Assembly: GCA_964519065.1 (NCBI GenBank)
Contig: CAZFIF010000001.1
Location: forward strand, 1-51,163
Length of the DNA: 51,163 nt
Direction of reading: 5' to 3'
Origin: an uncultured Rikenella sp.
GTDB lineage: Bacteria; Bacteroidota; Bacteroidia; Bacteroidales; VadinHA17
The notes under the pieces were generated by a model. The model did not search any database and was not told where the DNA came from. It worked only from the letters and a program-made list of their open reading frames with translations. Shown one piece after another: positions 27,110-36,113 of the stretch. How positions within the stretch are numbered: the stretch's first letter is position 1; every line of letters begins with the position of its first letter. A program made the translations under genes and the position numbers.

Positions 27110-28198
27110 ATGAGCTTCATTCATCTCAGCATTTTCCTCTCAGCCATAATAGGCCTTGTCATCATAGCATGGATCAGGAGTTTTGACATTTACGAGAAAG
27201 AGACCTTTCTGGCAATGCTGTGGGCCTTTTTTGCCGGCGGGGCTTCCTCGGTCTTCGTGGCCCTTGGTATCTACGAGATCCTCAGGCTCGTTGGCATTGA
27301 TGAAAGTGCGATTGGCACAACCATCGGCTCATTCCTGTTCATCGGGCCTGCGGAGGAGTTTGCCAAGCTCGTCGGCCTGATCATTGTCTACGGTCTTATC
27401 AGGAGGCAATTCAACGAGCTCACTGACGGCATCATATACATGGCCTGTGTGGCACTGGGCTTCTCCATCATTGAAAACTACTTTTATGCAAACTCCGGGG
27501 AAAACAGCCAGTATCTTCTCTTCTACAGGGTTTTCATAAGCACTCCTGCCCATATCTCCTTCAGTGTTATCGTCGGTTATGCCTGGTACAGGCACAAGAT
27601 GGAGAAGCGGCCAGTCAGGATAGTTATCGGCGCCCTTCTCACTGCCAGCATTCTTCACGGTATCTTTGACGCACTGGCCTTCAGCCCCTACCTCAACTTC
27701 CTGCTGCTAATCTATCTTTACCTGATAATCAATCAATCGTTGAAGATCATCCAGTACACGAACATCATATCTCCTTTCAGGCCCCGGTTCACTGAGCTGT
27801 TCGATCATCCCACCGGTGAGGCGGTGGCGGAGCTGGAGTGTCCCTACTGCAAATCCGCAGCCCCAAAGGTGCTATTCAGAAACAGCTATTTTTCGGCCTG
27901 CCGATGTGACAATTGCGGTCATCATATATCAAGTGTAAGTGATATCGGGAAAATTTTCAGGATATTTGCGCCCGAATACAAGAGGTTCGGGAAAAAGCTG
28001 ACCCCGGTGAAACTTGGTGACGGTCGCACCTGGCTCAGCGTTTACGGCACCGCCTTCTTCAAAAACAGGGGCGGTTACGGTTTCTTCATAGTAGGTGATG
28101 TTGCCGACCGCCTGAGGGTTATCAACGATGCCGCCGTCACCCGGTTCAGAAAAACCTCGTTCATATCGGGGAACATGCTGAAAAGGATATTTGAATGA
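27110..28198 (+). CDS. PrsW-family intramembrane protease fused to a cytoplasmic zinc-ribbon-containing C-terminal region
   Basis: Multi-TM N-terminal half with the EExxK motif (GPAEEFAKL) and HxxxD (LHGIFDA). C-terminal CPYC...CDNC zinc ribbon plus ~90 further residues. Confidence 0.78.
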   Translation: MSFIHLSIFLSAIIGLVIIAWIRSFDIYEKETFLAMLWAFFAGGASSVFVALGIYEILRLVGIDESAIGTTIGSFLFIGPAEEFAKLVGLIIVYGLIRRQFNELTDGIIYMACVALGFSIIENYFYANSGENSQYLLFYRVFISTPAHISFSVIVGYAWYRHKMEKRPVRIVIGALLTASILHGIFDALAFSPYLNFLLLIYLYLIINQSLKIIQYTNIISPFRPRFTELFDHPTGEAVAELECPYCKSAAPKVLFRNSYFSACRCDNCGHHISSVSDIGKIFRIFAPEYKRFGKKLTPVKLGDGRTWLSVYGTAFFKNRGGYGFFIVGDVADRLRVINDAAVTRFRKTSFISGNMLKRIFE

Positions 28199-28235
28199 TA
28201 GGATCATGGAAGGCACAAACAGTAGAGAGACAGCA

Positions 28236-29348
28236 ATGAAGCAACTTCTGTTCAATGCAACGTTTTTTACGGGAAGGGAGCTGGTGACCGGCAGGGCACT
28301 GCTGACAGAAGGAGGACAGATCACCGGCTTTACCGACCCCGCGACAGTCACTGGAGAGGTTGAGAGAATTGACTGCAGGGGCTTGCTGGTGACTGCCGGG
28401 CTGATTGATCTTCAGATAGCCGGCAGCGGAGGATTTCTCTTTTCCTCCAGTCCCACGCCCCATGCACTGGCAGTTATAGCCTCATCAATCGTGGAGAGCG
28501 GCACCACGGGTTTCCTGCTGGCACTTCCCACCAACAATGCAGAGGTATACCGCCATGCCTTCCGTACTGTCATTGAAAATCCACACTCCGCAGTCATGGG
28601 TCTGCATCTTGAAGGTCCGTATATAAGCCTGGCAAAGAGAGGTGCGCATGCCAGGGATCTCATCCGGAAGCCAACAGCTGAGCATATTTCCGGGCTGCTT
28701 TCCGAAGCCGGCGGGAGCATCAGGATGATGACCGTGGCACCGGAGGTCTGCACGCCCGCAATAATCAAATTGCTGAACGATAATGGCATCATCGTTGCTG
28801 CCGGACACAGCAATGCCACCTTCAGGGAAGCTTCCGAAGGATTCGCAATGGGGATAGAGAGCACCACCCATCTCTTCAATGCCATGTCTCCGTTGCATCA
28901 TCGTGATCCCGGTCTTCCGGGTGCCGTATTCTGGTCGGAGAGTGCCCGGGCCAGCATCATTGCCGACGGCATTCATGTTGATTACAAGATGGTTGCCATA
29001 GCCAAGAAGATCATGAAGGAGAGGCTCTTCCTGGTATCTGACGCCGTGGAGGAGAATGAAGACGGGGCATATCAGCATGTACGGCAGTCTGACCGCTATA
29101 CACTTCCTGACGGCACCCTCTCCGGAGCAAGGCTGACGATGCTCGATGCCGTCAGGAACTGCATCATCCATGCAGGCATAGATAAATATGAGGCGCTGAG
29201 AATGGCATCACTTTATCCGGCTCAGCTCATCAAAGCGTATGACCGCGGTACCATAGCACCGGGTGCCAGGGCCGATCTGATAGTGCTGGATGACAGAGTG
29301 GAGATAAAAGGTGTATTTTTGAACGGTAGTATGGAATTTAAAAACTAA
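28236..29348 (+). CDS. nagA: N-acetylglucosamine-6-phosphate deacetylase
   Basis: Motifs HLEGPY, AAGHSNAT, HLFNAM and a C-terminal ADLIVLD. The start is set at ATG 28236 (MKQLLFNATFFTG) by typical NagA N-termini. ATG 28206 is an alternative, and the track start at 28191 is TTG. Confidence 0.85.
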   Translation: MKQLLFNATFFTGRELVTGRALLTEGGQITGFTDPATVTGEVERIDCRGLLVTAGLIDLQIAGSGGFLFSSSPTPHALAVIASSIVESGTTGFLLALPTNNAEVYRHAFRTVIENPHSAVMGLHLEGPYISLAKRGAHARDLIRKPTAEHISGLLSEAGGSIRMMTVAPEVCTPAIIKLLNDNGIIVAAGHSNATFREASEGFAMGIESTTHLFNAMSPLHHRDPGLPGAVFWSESARASIIADGIHVDYKMVAIAKKIMKERLFLVSDAVEENEDGAYQHVRQSDRYTLPDGTLSGARLTMLDAVRNCIIHAGIDKYEALRMASLYPAQLIKAYDRGTIAPGARADLIVLDDRVEIKGVFLNGSMEFKN

Positions 29349-29352
29349 AGCG

Positions 29353-30321
29353 ATGGCACTTCTTGGAATAGATCTTGGAGGAACGAAGGTTGCCTTTGCA
29401 CTCTTTGACCGTGAGGGCAATATACTTGACAGAGAGACCCTGGCTCTCGACAGCCGCAGGGGCAGTGATGTTGGACATCTGATTACCGTCACTGCAGCCC
29501 TGATGCTTTCCAGGGCAGGAAAGAACGGTGACGCTGCGGAGGCTATTGGCATATCGGTGCCGGGAATCAGCCGGCGCGAGAGAGGTACGGTATGGGCACC
29601 CAATATTCCCGGATGGGATGATTATCCCCTCATGAAGGAGATGCTGGGTGTGGCTGATGGAGTACCTGTTCTGATTGAGAGTGACAGGTCTTGCTATATC
29701 TCCGGGGAAATATGGAAGGGCAGTGCCCAGGGGTGCCGCGATGCCATATATCTGGGTGTGGGTACGGGAATAGGTGCCGGTATAGTCATCAACGGAGAGA
29801 TACTGCACGGAGCTCATGACATTGCAGGAGCCGTCGGGTGGATGGCACTATCACGTCCGTTTGAAAGCAGGTATGCGGTATGCGGTAATTTTGAATGCTA
29901 TGCCTCTGGTGAGGGCATCGCCCGGCAGGCTGCAGAGTACATCCAGAAACACAGTGAATACGAAGGAGACCTGCGCAGGTCTGAACATGGGAAGATAATA
30001 ACCCAGGATGTGTTCAATGCGTGGAAAAAGGGTGACGCACCGGCATCGCGTATTATTGATCTGGCAGTCGAATACTGGGGGATGGCCTCTGCTAACCTGG
30101 TAAGCATCTTCAACCCGGAAAAGATAATCTTTGGCGGCGGCGTCTTCGGTCCGGCATCGGAGCTGATACCTGCTATCAGGCAGGAGGCTGAGAAGTGGGC
30201 CCAGCCAATAAGCATCAAGCAGGTGACATTTGAACTGTCTGCCCTGGCTGGTGACGCAGGCATCTTCGGGGCAGCCTGGCTTGCCATGAAACATCTTGAG
30301 ATACAAAAAGAAAACGGATGA
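29353..30321 (+). CDS. ASKHA-fold sugar kinase, ROK-like but with degenerate ROK signatures
   Basis: Phosphate-1 motif LGIDLGGTK. The ROK-like middle region reads HGAHDIAGAVGWM and AVCGNFECYASGEG rather than the canonical GExGH and CxCGxxGCxE. Confidence 0.72.
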   Translation: MALLGIDLGGTKVAFALFDREGNILDRETLALDSRRGSDVGHLITVTAALMLSRAGKNGDAAEAIGISVPGISRRERGTVWAPNIPGWDDYPLMKEMLGVADGVPVLIESDRSCYISGEIWKGSAQGCRDAIYLGVGTGIGAGIVINGEILHGAHDIAGAVGWMALSRPFESRYAVCGNFECYASGEGIARQAAEYIQKHSEYEGDLRRSEHGKIITQDVFNAWKKGDAPASRIIDLAVEYWGMASANLVSIFNPEKIIFGGGVFGPASELIPAIRQEAEKWAQPISIKQVTFELSALAGDAGIFGAAWLAMKHLEIQKENG

Positions 30322-31481
30322 GTGGCACATTCAACAGAAGAGTTGTATTCTGGTCGGCATGCCTCGGTATGCTACTGTTCGGAATAGGATTGATCATTCT
30401 CGGGGCAGTGTTGCCGGACCTCAGGATAAGGCACTCCCTCGATGCCGTAGAAGCCGGTACTCTCTTCTCGGTTCTTCCCGTCGGGATCATCATCGGGTCC
30501 CTCCTGTTCGGGCCGGTATGTGACCGCCACGGGTACGGGGCGCTGCTTGCCACTTCGGCATTGCTGATGTTTATTGGGTTTGAAGGCCTTGCCTTCACCC
30601 ACTCAAAATGGGTACTCTCTCTTTCCGTCTTCCTGTTCGGTGTAGGCGGCGGGGCCCTCAACGGCGCAACCAACGCTGTTGTGGCCGACATAAGCGACAC
30701 CGGTAAAGGGGCCAACCTGAGTCTTCTTGGCGTCTTCTTCGGAATAGGTGCACTGGGAATGCCTCTGTTGCTCAGCGTCCTGCGACAATCATTTGACTTC
30801 CAGCCTATTGTAGCTGCAGCCGGATTACTTGCGCTGGCTGCTTCTCTGCTCTTCCTGGTGGTTAAATTTCCCCCGGCGAAGCAGGCCCAGGGCGTCTCGA
30901 TGAAACAGGTTGGCACACTGGTAAAAGATTTGACTCTCATTTTGATAGCCCTCTTTCTGTTTTTCCAGAGCGCCTTCGAGGGTCTGATAAACAACTGGAC
31001 CACCACTTATCTGATTGAGCGTGTCGGGGCACCGCAGAGTGCAGCCCTGATAGGACTCTCCATATATGTGGCCGGCATGACAGTCATGAGGCTTCTCATA
31101 GGCAGCCTCTTCAGAAAGATGGCAGAGAAGAAGCTGCTAAGCATCTCTTTTATCATTATCCTGGTTGCGTTGACGCTGTTCAGTCTCAGCCTTTCAATGA
31201 TGCCGGCGGCTGCGGGGCTCTTCCTGCTCGGTGCGGGACTTGCGGCGGGCTTTCCTATCATGCTGGGTCTTGTTGGCAACAGGTATCCTGACCTGTCAGG
31301 TACTGCCTTCAGCTTCGTACTGGTGATAGCCCTGCTTGGCAATATGGTGGTAAACTACGCCATGGGGCTCGTTGCCGAGAACTACGGCATCAGGCATCTC
31401 ACAACCTTCACCTTTGCGGAACTGCTAATCATGGTTGTAATTGCAACTACAGTATTCGGAAGATTAATTAGAAACAGATAA
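30318..31481 (+). CDS. MFS transporter (sugar-type)
   Basis: 12-TM pattern. ATGA overlap with the kinase gene. Confidence 0.85.
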   Translation: MSGTFNRRVVFWSACLGMLLFGIGLIILGAVLPDLRIRHSLDAVEAGTLFSVLPVGIIIGSLLFGPVCDRHGYGALLATSALLMFIGFEGLAFTHSKWVLSLSVFLFGVGGGALNGATNAVVADISDTGKGANLSLLGVFFGIGALGMPLLLSVLRQSFDFQPIVAAAGLLALAASLLFLVVKFPPAKQAQGVSMKQVGTLVKDLTLILIALFLFFQSAFEGLINNWTTTYLIERVGAPQSAALIGLSIYVAGMTVMRLLIGSLFRKMAEKKLLSISFIIILVALTLFSLSLSMMPAAAGLFLLGAGLAAGFPIMLGLVGNRYPDLSGTAFSFVLVIALLGNMVVNYAMGLVAENYGIRHLTTFTFAELLIMVVIATTVFGRLIRNR

Positions 31482-31502
31482 TCACTTACACAAACGGAAA
31501 CT

Positions 31503-32264
31503 ATGCTGGCACAGGAATGGCTGAAAAATGCAAGGGACGTAATGTCCCGTATTGAAGAGACACAGACGGATAACATACGCAGGGCTGCCGAAGTTATGGC
31601 TGACACCATTGAGTGCGGGCGGTGGGTTCACACATTTGGCTGCGGTCATGCCACACTTCCCATTGAAGAGATGTATCCCCGGATTGGCGGGTTTGTGGGT
31701 TTTCATCCCATGATTGAGATACCTCTGAGCTTCTTCACACATATAACCGGGGAGATGGGAGTACACCAGTTTGTATTCCTGGAGAGGGTTGAGGGTTACG
31801 GTGTTGAGATCATGAAGGGCTATACTTTTAATGAGCGTGACACCATGTGGCTCTTCTCGCATTCAGGTATCAACAATGTGAACATTGACGTTGCCCTGGA
31901 GTCAAAGAAGAGGGGCATGAAGGTGGTAGTCTTCGGTTCCGCGGCTGAAGCGGCCGGCAAGAAGACCAGGCACAGTTCAGGCAAGACCATCTTTGACCTG
32001 GCCGACATCGTGGTAGACACCTGTGCTCCCCTGGAGGATGCATCAGTGAAGCTGAAGAACCATGTCGACAAGATTGGTCCTGTCTCCACGATGGCGTTTG
32101 TCACCTGTGTATGGATGACGATAACCACTGTGGCAGAGATACTTGCCGACAGAGGTGTGAGGTTATATATCCATCCCAGTCACAATGTTCCCGGCGACAC
32201 CACGGCCAGGGAGAGGCTTGATGAGGCGCTGGGTGAGTATAAGCGCAGGATTGCAGGGGTATAG
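31503..32264 (+). CDS. SIS domain protein (UPF0309-like sugar isomerase domain protein)
   Basis: ~250 aa with HTFGCGHA and LFSHSGINNVNIDVALESKKRGMKVV, a SIS-type phosphosugar-binding fold pattern. Confidence 0.75.
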   Translation: MLAQEWLKNARDVMSRIEETQTDNIRRAAEVMADTIECGRWVHTFGCGHATLPIEEMYPRIGGFVGFHPMIEIPLSFFTHITGEMGVHQFVFLERVEGYGVEIMKGYTFNERDTMWLFSHSGINNVNIDVALESKKRGMKVVVFGSAAEAAGKKTRHSSGKTIFDLADIVVDTCAPLEDASVKLKNHVDKIGPVSTMAFVTCVWMTITTVAEILADRGVRLYIHPSHNVPGDTTARERLDEALGEYKRRIAGV

Positions 32265-32280
32265 TTAATTAATTCAAGCC

Positions 32281-33294
32281 ATGGACTCACTGGAGAGAAC
32301 GATTTGTTTCATTGAAGGCGGCAGGCCGGACCGCATTCCGTTTCACCCCATTCTCATGCGGTTCGCCGCAAAGCATGCAGGGGTAAGATACAGGGACTTC
32401 TGTCTCAGCCACACGCACAAATGCATGGCGAACATAAAGTGTGCTGCTGATTTTCAGTCGGACTGGGTCAACACCATGTCCGACGCCTTTGCGGAAGCAG
32501 AAGCTTTCGGCACTAAGCTTCTTTATCCTGAGGATGATCTGCCAATGGTGCAGAAATATGCCATTGCAGATATCAGTGACATTGACAGGATGACTGTTCT
32601 GAAGCCGGGTGACCACAGTCGCCTGAGGGAGCGCTCTGCCGAGATCAGGGAATACAGGGCCATCACTGCCGGAAAGATGTTTATCTGCGGATGGGTTGAA
32701 GGTCCGCTGGCAGAATACTGTGACATCCGGGATATAAACCTCGCAATGACCGATCTCTACGAGCATCCGGAAGAGGTTCACAAAGCCCTGGACATCATCA
32801 CTGAAAGTGCTATGGGATTTATCACTGCACAGGTCAGTGAGGGTGCCCACTGCATAGGTATCGGAGATTCTGTATGTTCACTTATCTCCCCGGAGCTTTA
32901 CGATGAGTTCTGCCTGGGCCGTGAGAAGGCCCTGGTGGACCACATTCACAGCCTGGGAGCACTTGCCAAGGTGCACATATGTGGTAACATCTCAGCCATC
33001 CTTCCAGGAGTGATCAGCACCGGCACTGACATCATTGACATAGATCACCGCACCGGGCCTGTGACAGAGGCTGTGAGAATGCTTGGCGAGAGGCAGGTCT
33101 TCGCGGGCAAGAGTGACCCGGTGTCGGTCCTGCAGGACGGCGACGAGCAGAGAATACGCATGAGCGCAGTTGAGTTTTTCAGAGAGGCGGAAGGGCGTGC
33201 CATCCTCTCTGCCGGATGCGAGGTGACGCCGGGAACCAGTGTTGACAACCTGGCCTGCTTCGGCCGCCTGTCATCGGAACTGTTGAAAATATAA
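32281..33294 (+). CDS. Uroporphyrinogen decarboxylase (URO-D) family protein of the MtaA/MtbA-like Zn-motif type
   Basis: ~337 aa URO-D-family length with an N-terminal GGRPDRIPF. H-x-C (KVHICGN, aa 232-234) plus a distal Cys (SAGCEVTPG, aa 313) match the Zn-ligand pattern of the methyltransferase branch. Confidence 0.75.
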   Translation: MDSLERTICFIEGGRPDRIPFHPILMRFAAKHAGVRYRDFCLSHTHKCMANIKCAADFQSDWVNTMSDAFAEAEAFGTKLLYPEDDLPMVQKYAIADISDIDRMTVLKPGDHSRLRERSAEIREYRAITAGKMFICGWVEGPLAEYCDIRDINLAMTDLYEHPEEVHKALDIITESAMGFITAQVSEGAHCIGIGDSVCSLISPELYDEFCLGREKALVDHIHSLGALAKVHICGNISAILPGVISTGTDIIDIDHRTGPVTEAVRMLGERQVFAGKSDPVSVLQDGDEQRIRMSAVEFFREAEGRAILSAGCEVTPGTSVDNLACFGRLSSELLKI

Positions 33295-33315
33295 ACTAAA
33301 AAAGAGGCTGTCATC

Positions 33316-34206
33316 ATGGGAAAGAATGTTGCACTGGTCCTTTCAAGTGGCGGAGCAAGAGGTTTCGCTCATATAGGTGCCATAAAGGTACTTTTACAGC
33401 ACGGTTACAATATCACCTCCGTGGCCGGAACCTCAATGGGGGCATTGGTAGGGGCCATCTATGCCGCAGGGCAGCTCGATGAGTTTGAGGAGTGGGTCAG
33501 GACTCTCGATGTGATGGAGGTACTTAAGCTTACCGACATCAGCCTGAGCAGCAAGGGCTTTGTCAAGGGCAAGAAGGTCATGGAGAAGCTGAAGGAGATA
33601 GTGCCCGAGAGGTCAATTGAAGAGTTGAACATCCCCTACTGTGCCGTTGCAACCAATTTCATCAAAGGCAAGGAGAAGGTATTTACCGAAGGTAGTCTCT
33701 TTAATGCCATTCGTGCTTCGATATCGATCCCCACCGTTTTCCAGCCCTGGCAGATAGGTGATGATTACTTTGTTGACGGCGGTCTTGTTAATCCTATCCC
33801 CATCAACAGGGTACAACGCGAAAAAGGTGATCTTCTGGCTGTCGTTAATGTCAATGCCGACATACCCTATGAAGGGGTGCCGGAGGAGAATGAAAAGAAG
33901 AAAGAAGAAGAGAAAGACAACAAATTCATGAAAAAGGTCCGGGAGATACAGTCGAAGAGCGAGAAGCATATTCCGGACCACAAGAAGGATGACATCGGGC
34001 TCTTCAATCTCAACAACCGAAGCATCGGCATAATGCTCAGACAGATAGCGTCACTCACCCTGAAGAATTATGAGACTGACATAATGATTGAGATCTCAAG
34101 CCACTCTTTCAGTACCTACGATTTTTACAAAGCCGGCGAGATCATCAGCGAGGGTGAGAGAGCGGCCGCCAGGGCCCTCGACGGGGAGGCCGTGAAGCGG
34201 GAGTGA
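33316..34206 (+). CDS. Patatin-like phospholipase
   Basis: Oxyanion GGARG, nucleophile GTSMG, catalytic Asp in VDGGLVNPIP. A Lys/Glu-rich insert lies near aa 190-215. Confidence 0.85.
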   Translation: MGKNVALVLSSGGARGFAHIGAIKVLLQHGYNITSVAGTSMGALVGAIYAAGQLDEFEEWVRTLDVMEVLKLTDISLSSKGFVKGKKVMEKLKEIVPERSIEELNIPYCAVATNFIKGKEKVFTEGSLFNAIRASISIPTVFQPWQIGDDYFVDGGLVNPIPINRVQREKGDLLAVVNVNADIPYEGVPEENEKKKEEEKDNKFMKKVREIQSKSEKHIPDHKKDDIGLFNLNNRSIGIMLRQIASLTLKNYETDIMIEISSHSFSTYDFYKAGEIISEGERAAARALDGEAVKRE

Positions 34207-34286
34207 TCAGCCTTTATTTGATGCTGATAAGTTGTAGATTTCAAGGAAATTGTTTATCTTTATCAGTTGACCTAAATTAAACCGCA

Positions 34287-35186
34287 ATGAAAAAAATCAC
34301 TCTGATAATCTGCCTCGGCATGATGGTGGCGACGCCGGCCCTGAAGTCGCAGAAGCCTATTAAAGTGCTGGAAGACAGCATTCAGATTGGCAACTGGCTA
34401 TATCCGGGTTTTAATGTGACAATCCCCGAGGCCGATTTTGACAATACCCTGAAGAACTGGATCAAATTACAGGAGACGGGTACGAAATCAAAAGTGCAGA
34501 CCGAGAATGGTGAGATGACGATCTTCGGCGCCTATGTAAGGGAGATCTCTCCTACACCTGTCAACATCTACAGCCGTATTGTCAATGAAGATACACTGAG
34601 CCGGCTGCTGGCCTGCATAGAGATCAAAAAGGACCAGTATGTTGAGCCTGCCTCCGGTGATATACAACTGACTGCCGCCCGCAACTTCCTGAAGGAGTTT
34701 GCCAAGTCACAATACATTGAGGTTATCAAGGGCCAGCTTGATGCAGAAGAGAAGATACTGCGCGATCTTAACAGGGAGCTGAGCAGCCTGCAGAGCAGCA
34801 AGGCCCGTTCACAGAAGACGGCAAAGAACAAGAGAGGCACAGTCAATAATGAGCAGGAGAAGCTGCAGGTCAAGCACAATGAGCTGGGCCTGCTCTCCAC
34901 GGAGATCATCAACAGGAATAATGAGATGATGAGCATGCCCGTGGGTGCCGGTCGCGATGCCATGGCATCCCAGATCAAAGAGCTGGAGAAGAGGCGCAAG
35001 AGTCTGCAGAAAGAGATATCCAAATCAGAGAACAAGATCAACAAGGCAAGATCAGCAATTAACCAGGCTGACAGATCTATACCCAGAAATGAAAATGAGC
35101 AGGATGTACTGAAGGCGAAGATAGATGCACAGCAGTCTGTGGTTCAGTCGTTCATTGACAAGCTGAACACCGTCAAGCTCTATTGA
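34287..35186 (+). CDS. Hypothetical secreted protein, N-terminal globular part plus long C-terminal coiled coil
   Basis: Signal peptide MKKITLIICLGMMVATPALKSQ. The C-terminal ~150 aa are heptad-rich and Q/K/E/N-rich. Family not recognised. Confidence 0.6.
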   Translation: MKKITLIICLGMMVATPALKSQKPIKVLEDSIQIGNWLYPGFNVTIPEADFDNTLKNWIKLQETGTKSKVQTENGEMTIFGAYVREISPTPVNIYSRIVNEDTLSRLLACIEIKKDQYVEPASGDIQLTAARNFLKEFAKSQYIEVIKGQLDAEEKILRDLNRELSSLQSSKARSQKTAKNKRGTVNNEQEKLQVKHNELGLLSTEIINRNNEMMSMPVGAGRDAMASQIKELEKRRKSLQKEISKSENKINKARSAINQADRSIPRNENEQDVLKAKIDAQQSVVQSFIDKLNTVKLY

Positions 35187-35236
35187 GGACGTGTATTGTG
35201 ACAGCAATTCAGTCACCTTTAATATCTTAAAGAAAA

Positions 35237-35554
35237 ATGGAAGACCAGGAAAAGAAAGAGAACTACCAGAAGAAAATTGAATCTCAGCTCGACGAATGGA
35301 GGGCTGATATTGACCGTCTGAGAGCAAGGGCCAGGAATGCCACTGCCGAGACCAAACTGAAATATCAGGAGAGCATTGACAAGCTGGAGATGAAGATGGA
35401 TGAGGGGAAGTCGAAGCTTAAGGATATAAAGGAGTCGAGCGGCGAAGCATGGGAGTCAATCAAGGAAGGTGCCGATTCGATCTGGGACACCATGAAGGCA
35501 ACATTCGCCGAGGTGAGGGATAATCTGCGTGACGAGGAGGAAGAGAAGGCTTAA
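35237..35554 (+). CDS. Hypothetical small charged helical protein
   Basis: 105 aa, highly charged, predicted helical, no signal peptide. Coding is supported only by ORF length and context. Confidence 0.5.
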   Translation: MEDQEKKENYQKKIESQLDEWRADIDRLRARARNATAETKLKYQESIDKLEMKMDEGKSKLKDIKESSGEAWESIKEGADSIWDTMKATFAEVRDNLRDEEEEKA

Positions 35555-35672
35555 TTACCCCGGACAAAGTGCCCGTTAAAGATAGATCTGATCTGCCCGG
35601 CAGGCGATAATATCAATTGCACGGGCAGATTTGAATATGCCTCCGGATAGTGAACGGTTTAAACTGATGACA

Positions 35673-36089
35673 ATGAAGAAAACACTAAGGATTGTCCTTG
35701 TTATACTCCTGGTTGCTGCCGCTCTTTTTTTCTGGTGGCGGCATTACTTTGTATTCGGTGAAGGTGTAAAAGCCGGTGACCTCAACTACCTGGTAAGAAA
35801 GGGATACATCTTCAAGACATGGGAGGGCAAGCTGATACAGACAGGATTCAAGACACCCACTCCGGGAGCAATTCAGAGCAACGAATTTGAATTCAGCATG
35901 GTGAATGACAGCCTGGCGCATGTTCTTGAAAGGGCCAGCGGCAAGTTTGTCGAACTCCGTTATAAAGAGTATATCAAGCCGCTGCCATGGAGGGGCATGA
36001 GCAGGTATGTCGTGATCGAAGTTCTTGATATCAAGGATCAGGATGAGAAGGATATGACTCCGGCGCTAATTCCCTATCAGACACTCTGA
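35673..36089 (+). CDS. Hypothetical N-terminally membrane-anchored small protein
   Basis: The start is set at ATG 35673 (MKKTLRIVLVILLVAAALFFWW, a single TM anchor). The track start at 35631 is TTG. Confidence 0.55.
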   Translation: MKKTLRIVLVILLVAAALFFWWRHYFVFGEGVKAGDLNYLVRKGYIFKTWEGKLIQTGFKTPTPGAIQSNEFEFSMVNDSLAHVLERASGKFVELRYKEYIKPLPWRGMSRYVVIEVLDIKDQDEKDMTPALIPYQTL

Positions 36090-36113
36090 TTATCTTTAAA
36101 TCCATAATAAAAC

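Noticed and set aside
28412-29171. Two overlapping - strand ORFs (157 and 228 aa) antisense to nagA
   Set aside because: The + strand frame carries the full set of NagA motifs. The antisense ORFs have no recognisable features.
30215-31006. 263-aa ORF on the - strand, antisense to the kinase/MFS genes
   Set aside because: The composition is Arg/Pro/Ala-rich with no domain signature. The + strand encodes a coherent 12-TM MFS protein across the same span.
33316-34206. Patatin phospholipase as an effector of a CBASS-like or other anti-phage system
   Set aside because: No cyclase, sensor, nuclease, ATPase or other defence-associated gene is nearby. The protein looks like the common housekeeping RssA/YlbK-type patatin.
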